Below are positions 61,516-64,000 of a stretch of DNA of 64,000 bases, piece by piece; position 1 is the first letter of the stretch; the number at the start of each line of letters is the position of its first letter. The DNA lies in contig OZ076409.1 of the NCBI GenBank assembly GCA_964187785.1, positions 42,160,001 through 42,224,000 of the forward strand, written 5' to 3'. Source of the DNA: Amphiscolops sp. MND2022. Taxonomy: Eukaryota. The notes below the pieces were generated by a model. That model ran no database searches, was not told where the DNA came from, and worked only from the letters and a program-made list of their open reading frames with translations. Both the position numbers and the translations under genes were made by a program.

Positions 61516-64000
61516 CTAATATCTGAGGTACCATGAAGGCTGTCCCGTCAGATTTAGCGCTTTCATCAGGCTCTCGTCCACGAAGGCCAGGCTTGCTGCA
61601 GTGTCACACAAAGCGAACGTTTTCAGAGTTTTACGCCCACTCCCTATCGGTACTGGAATGACTGGAAGCACTCCACTGCTTTTCATTGACGACAAGTTGA
61701 AGACATCATCGACATTTTCAACATTTTTCTTTTGTTTCACTGTCTTGTATGATCTGTGTAGCAATATGTGATGAGGTTTTTCGCAACCATTGACGTCACA
61801 TAGTCTGCCAGAACAGTTCCTTGCTTGGTGTGAATCTGATAAACATTTGAAGCACAGTCTCAGTTCTCTTGCCTTTTGTCCTCTCTTTTCAAGGTTCGTT
61901 TTCTTGAACTCTTCGCATTTCCAAATTGGATGATTACCATCTTTCAGCATATACTCTCGCTGATTCTTCTGATTGTCACTCGCGGTTTTTGTTGCTGATG
62001 GTGCAAACGTGGAGCCTTTTGCCTTTTCTCTGTAGCTCGACTTCGCGCGATCAGCATTCGGGTTTGAAGACAAAAGCAATTCGTCCCGAACATCCGCTAT
62101 ATCAATGAGCCATTCACCGAACACCGCGAGTCCAGGTCGATACAGGTTCATTTGCTTCACATCAGTGAGCCAATTCGTTTTCATGTCCAGTGTTAACTTC
62201 CTTGTGGCACAGCCCAGAACTCCTTCTGAGTTTAGGTCTCCCACGAAGTTGAATTGTGTCAAAACATTCACGCAACTCGACACTATTCTCGCAAACTTGG
62301 TCAATGCGGGTCCATCGTTAGGTTTCATCGGAGGAAAGGAGTATATTCGCTTCAGCTGAGCGTTCACAACCATCGGCGGTTTTCCAAAGTTTCAAACTAG
62401 AACGTTCCACGCCGCATTGTACATCTCAGGCTGAAGGCTGAAGGCTGTCCCGTCAGATTTAGCGCTTTCATCAGGCTCTCGTCCACGAAGGACAGGCTTG
62501 CTGCAGTGTCACACAAAGCGAACGTTTTCAGAGTTTTACGCCCACTCCCTATCGGTACTGGAATGACTGGAAGCACTCCACTGCTTTTCATTGACGACAA
62601 GTTGGAGACATCATCGACATTTTCAACATTTTTCTTTTGTTTCACTGTCTTGTATGATCTGTGTAGCAATATGTGATGAGGTTTTTCGCAACCATTGACG
62701 TCACATAGTCTGCCAGAACAGTTCCTTGCTTGGTGTGAATCTGATAAACATTTGAAGCACAGTCTCAGTTCTCTTGCCTTTTGTCCTCTCTTTTCAAGGT
62801 TCGTTTTCTTAAACTCTTCGCATTTCCAAATTGGATGATTACCATCTTTCAGCATATACTCTCGCTGATTCTTCTGATTGTCACTCGCGGTTTTTGTTGC
62901 TGATGGTGCAAACGTGGAGCCTTTTGCCTTTTCTCTGTAGCTCGACTTCGCGCGATCAGCATTCGGGTTTGAAGACAAAAGCAATTCGTCCCGAACATCC
63001 GCTATATCAATGAGCCATTCACCGAACACCGCGAGTCCAGGTCGATACAGGTTCATTTGCTTCACATCAGTGAGCCAATTCGTTTTCATGTCCAGTGTTA
63101 ACTTCCTTGTGGCACAGCCCAGAACTCCTTCTGAGTTTAGGTCTCCCACGAAGTTGAATTGTGTCAAAACATTCACGCAACTCGACACTATTCTCGCAAA
63201 CTTGGTCAAAGCGGGTCCATCGTTAGGTTTCATCGGAGGAAAGGAGTATATTCGCTTCAGCTGAGCGTTCACAACCATCGGCAGTTTTCCAAAGTTTCAA
63301 ACTAGAACGTTCCACGCCGCATTGTACATCTCAGGCTGAAGGCTGAAGGCTGTCTCGTCAGATTTAGCGCTTTCATCAGGCTCTCGTCCACGAAGGACAG
63401 GCTTGCTGCAGTGTCACACAAAGCGAACGTTTTCAGAGTTTTACGCCCACTCCCTATCGGTACTGGAATGACTGGAAGCACTCCACTGCTTTTCATTGAC
63501 GACAAGTTGGAGACATCATCGACATTTTCAACATTTTTCTTTTGTTTCACTGTCTTGTATGATCTGTGTAGCAATATGTGATGAGGTTTTCCGCAACCAT
63601 TGACGTCACATAGTCTGCCAGAACAGTTCCTTGCTTGGTGTGAATCTGATGAACATTTGAAGCACAGTCTCTGTTCTCTTGCTTTTTGTCCTCTCTTTTC
63701 AAGGTTCGTTTTCTTGAACTCTTCGCATTTCCAAATTGGATGATTACCATCTTTCAGCATATACTCTCGCTGATTCTTCTGATTGTCACTCGCGGTTTTT
63801 GTTGCTGATGGTGCAAACGTGGAGCCTTTTGCCTTTTCTCTGTAGCTCGACTTCGCGCGATCAGCATTCGGGTTTGAAGACAAAAGCAATTCGTCCCGAA
63901 CATCCGCTACATCAATGAGCCATTCACCGAACACCGCGAGTCCAGGTTGATACAGGTTCATTTGCTTCACATCAGTTAGCCAATTCGTTTTCATGTCCAG
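61516..64000 (-). repeat. Tandem amplification (at least 2.7 units, 905-bp period) of a BEL/Pao gag-zinc knuckle-protease segment
   Basis: MVVNAQLK starts at 62373 and 63278; MKTNW ATGs at 63089 and 63994; each unit has LCFKCLSDSHQARNC and TFALCDTAAS; junction cagccttcagccttcagcctgag. Confidence 0.95.

Overview
AT-rich, transposon-dense eukaryotic (invertebrate-like) window; the species cannot be fixed from sequence alone. One clear host gene is present: IWS1 on the - strand. Its acidic first coding exon (23415-23771) appears to splice across an ~18.8 kb transposon-filled intron to the large exon at 2886-4607. That intron is packed with co-oriented and head-to-tail copies of a non-autonomous Helentron (HINE/DINE-1-like) family, whose terminal hairpin shows compensatory base changes; some copies carry a tRNA-derived module. 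The 25-45 kb region is a nest of retroelements: degraded APE-RT LINEs, a BEL/Pao gag, three copies of a Penelope-like element (PLE) with datable nested insertions, and a ~2.7 kb local duplication. The nested insertions are a second PLE carrying a type I hammerhead ribozyme (12-bp TSD), a CRE-clade element with an open ORF (13-bp TSD) and a 260-bp orphan-ORF insert. The 45-58 kb region holds Ty3/gypsy remnants, orphan accessory ORFs and an intron-containing BED-finger/hAT-like pseudogene lying convergent to the gypsy pol. The window ends in a BEL/Pao element whose gag-protease segment is tandemly amplified (905-bp period). All alignments were made by eye, so boundaries of degraded elements are approximate.
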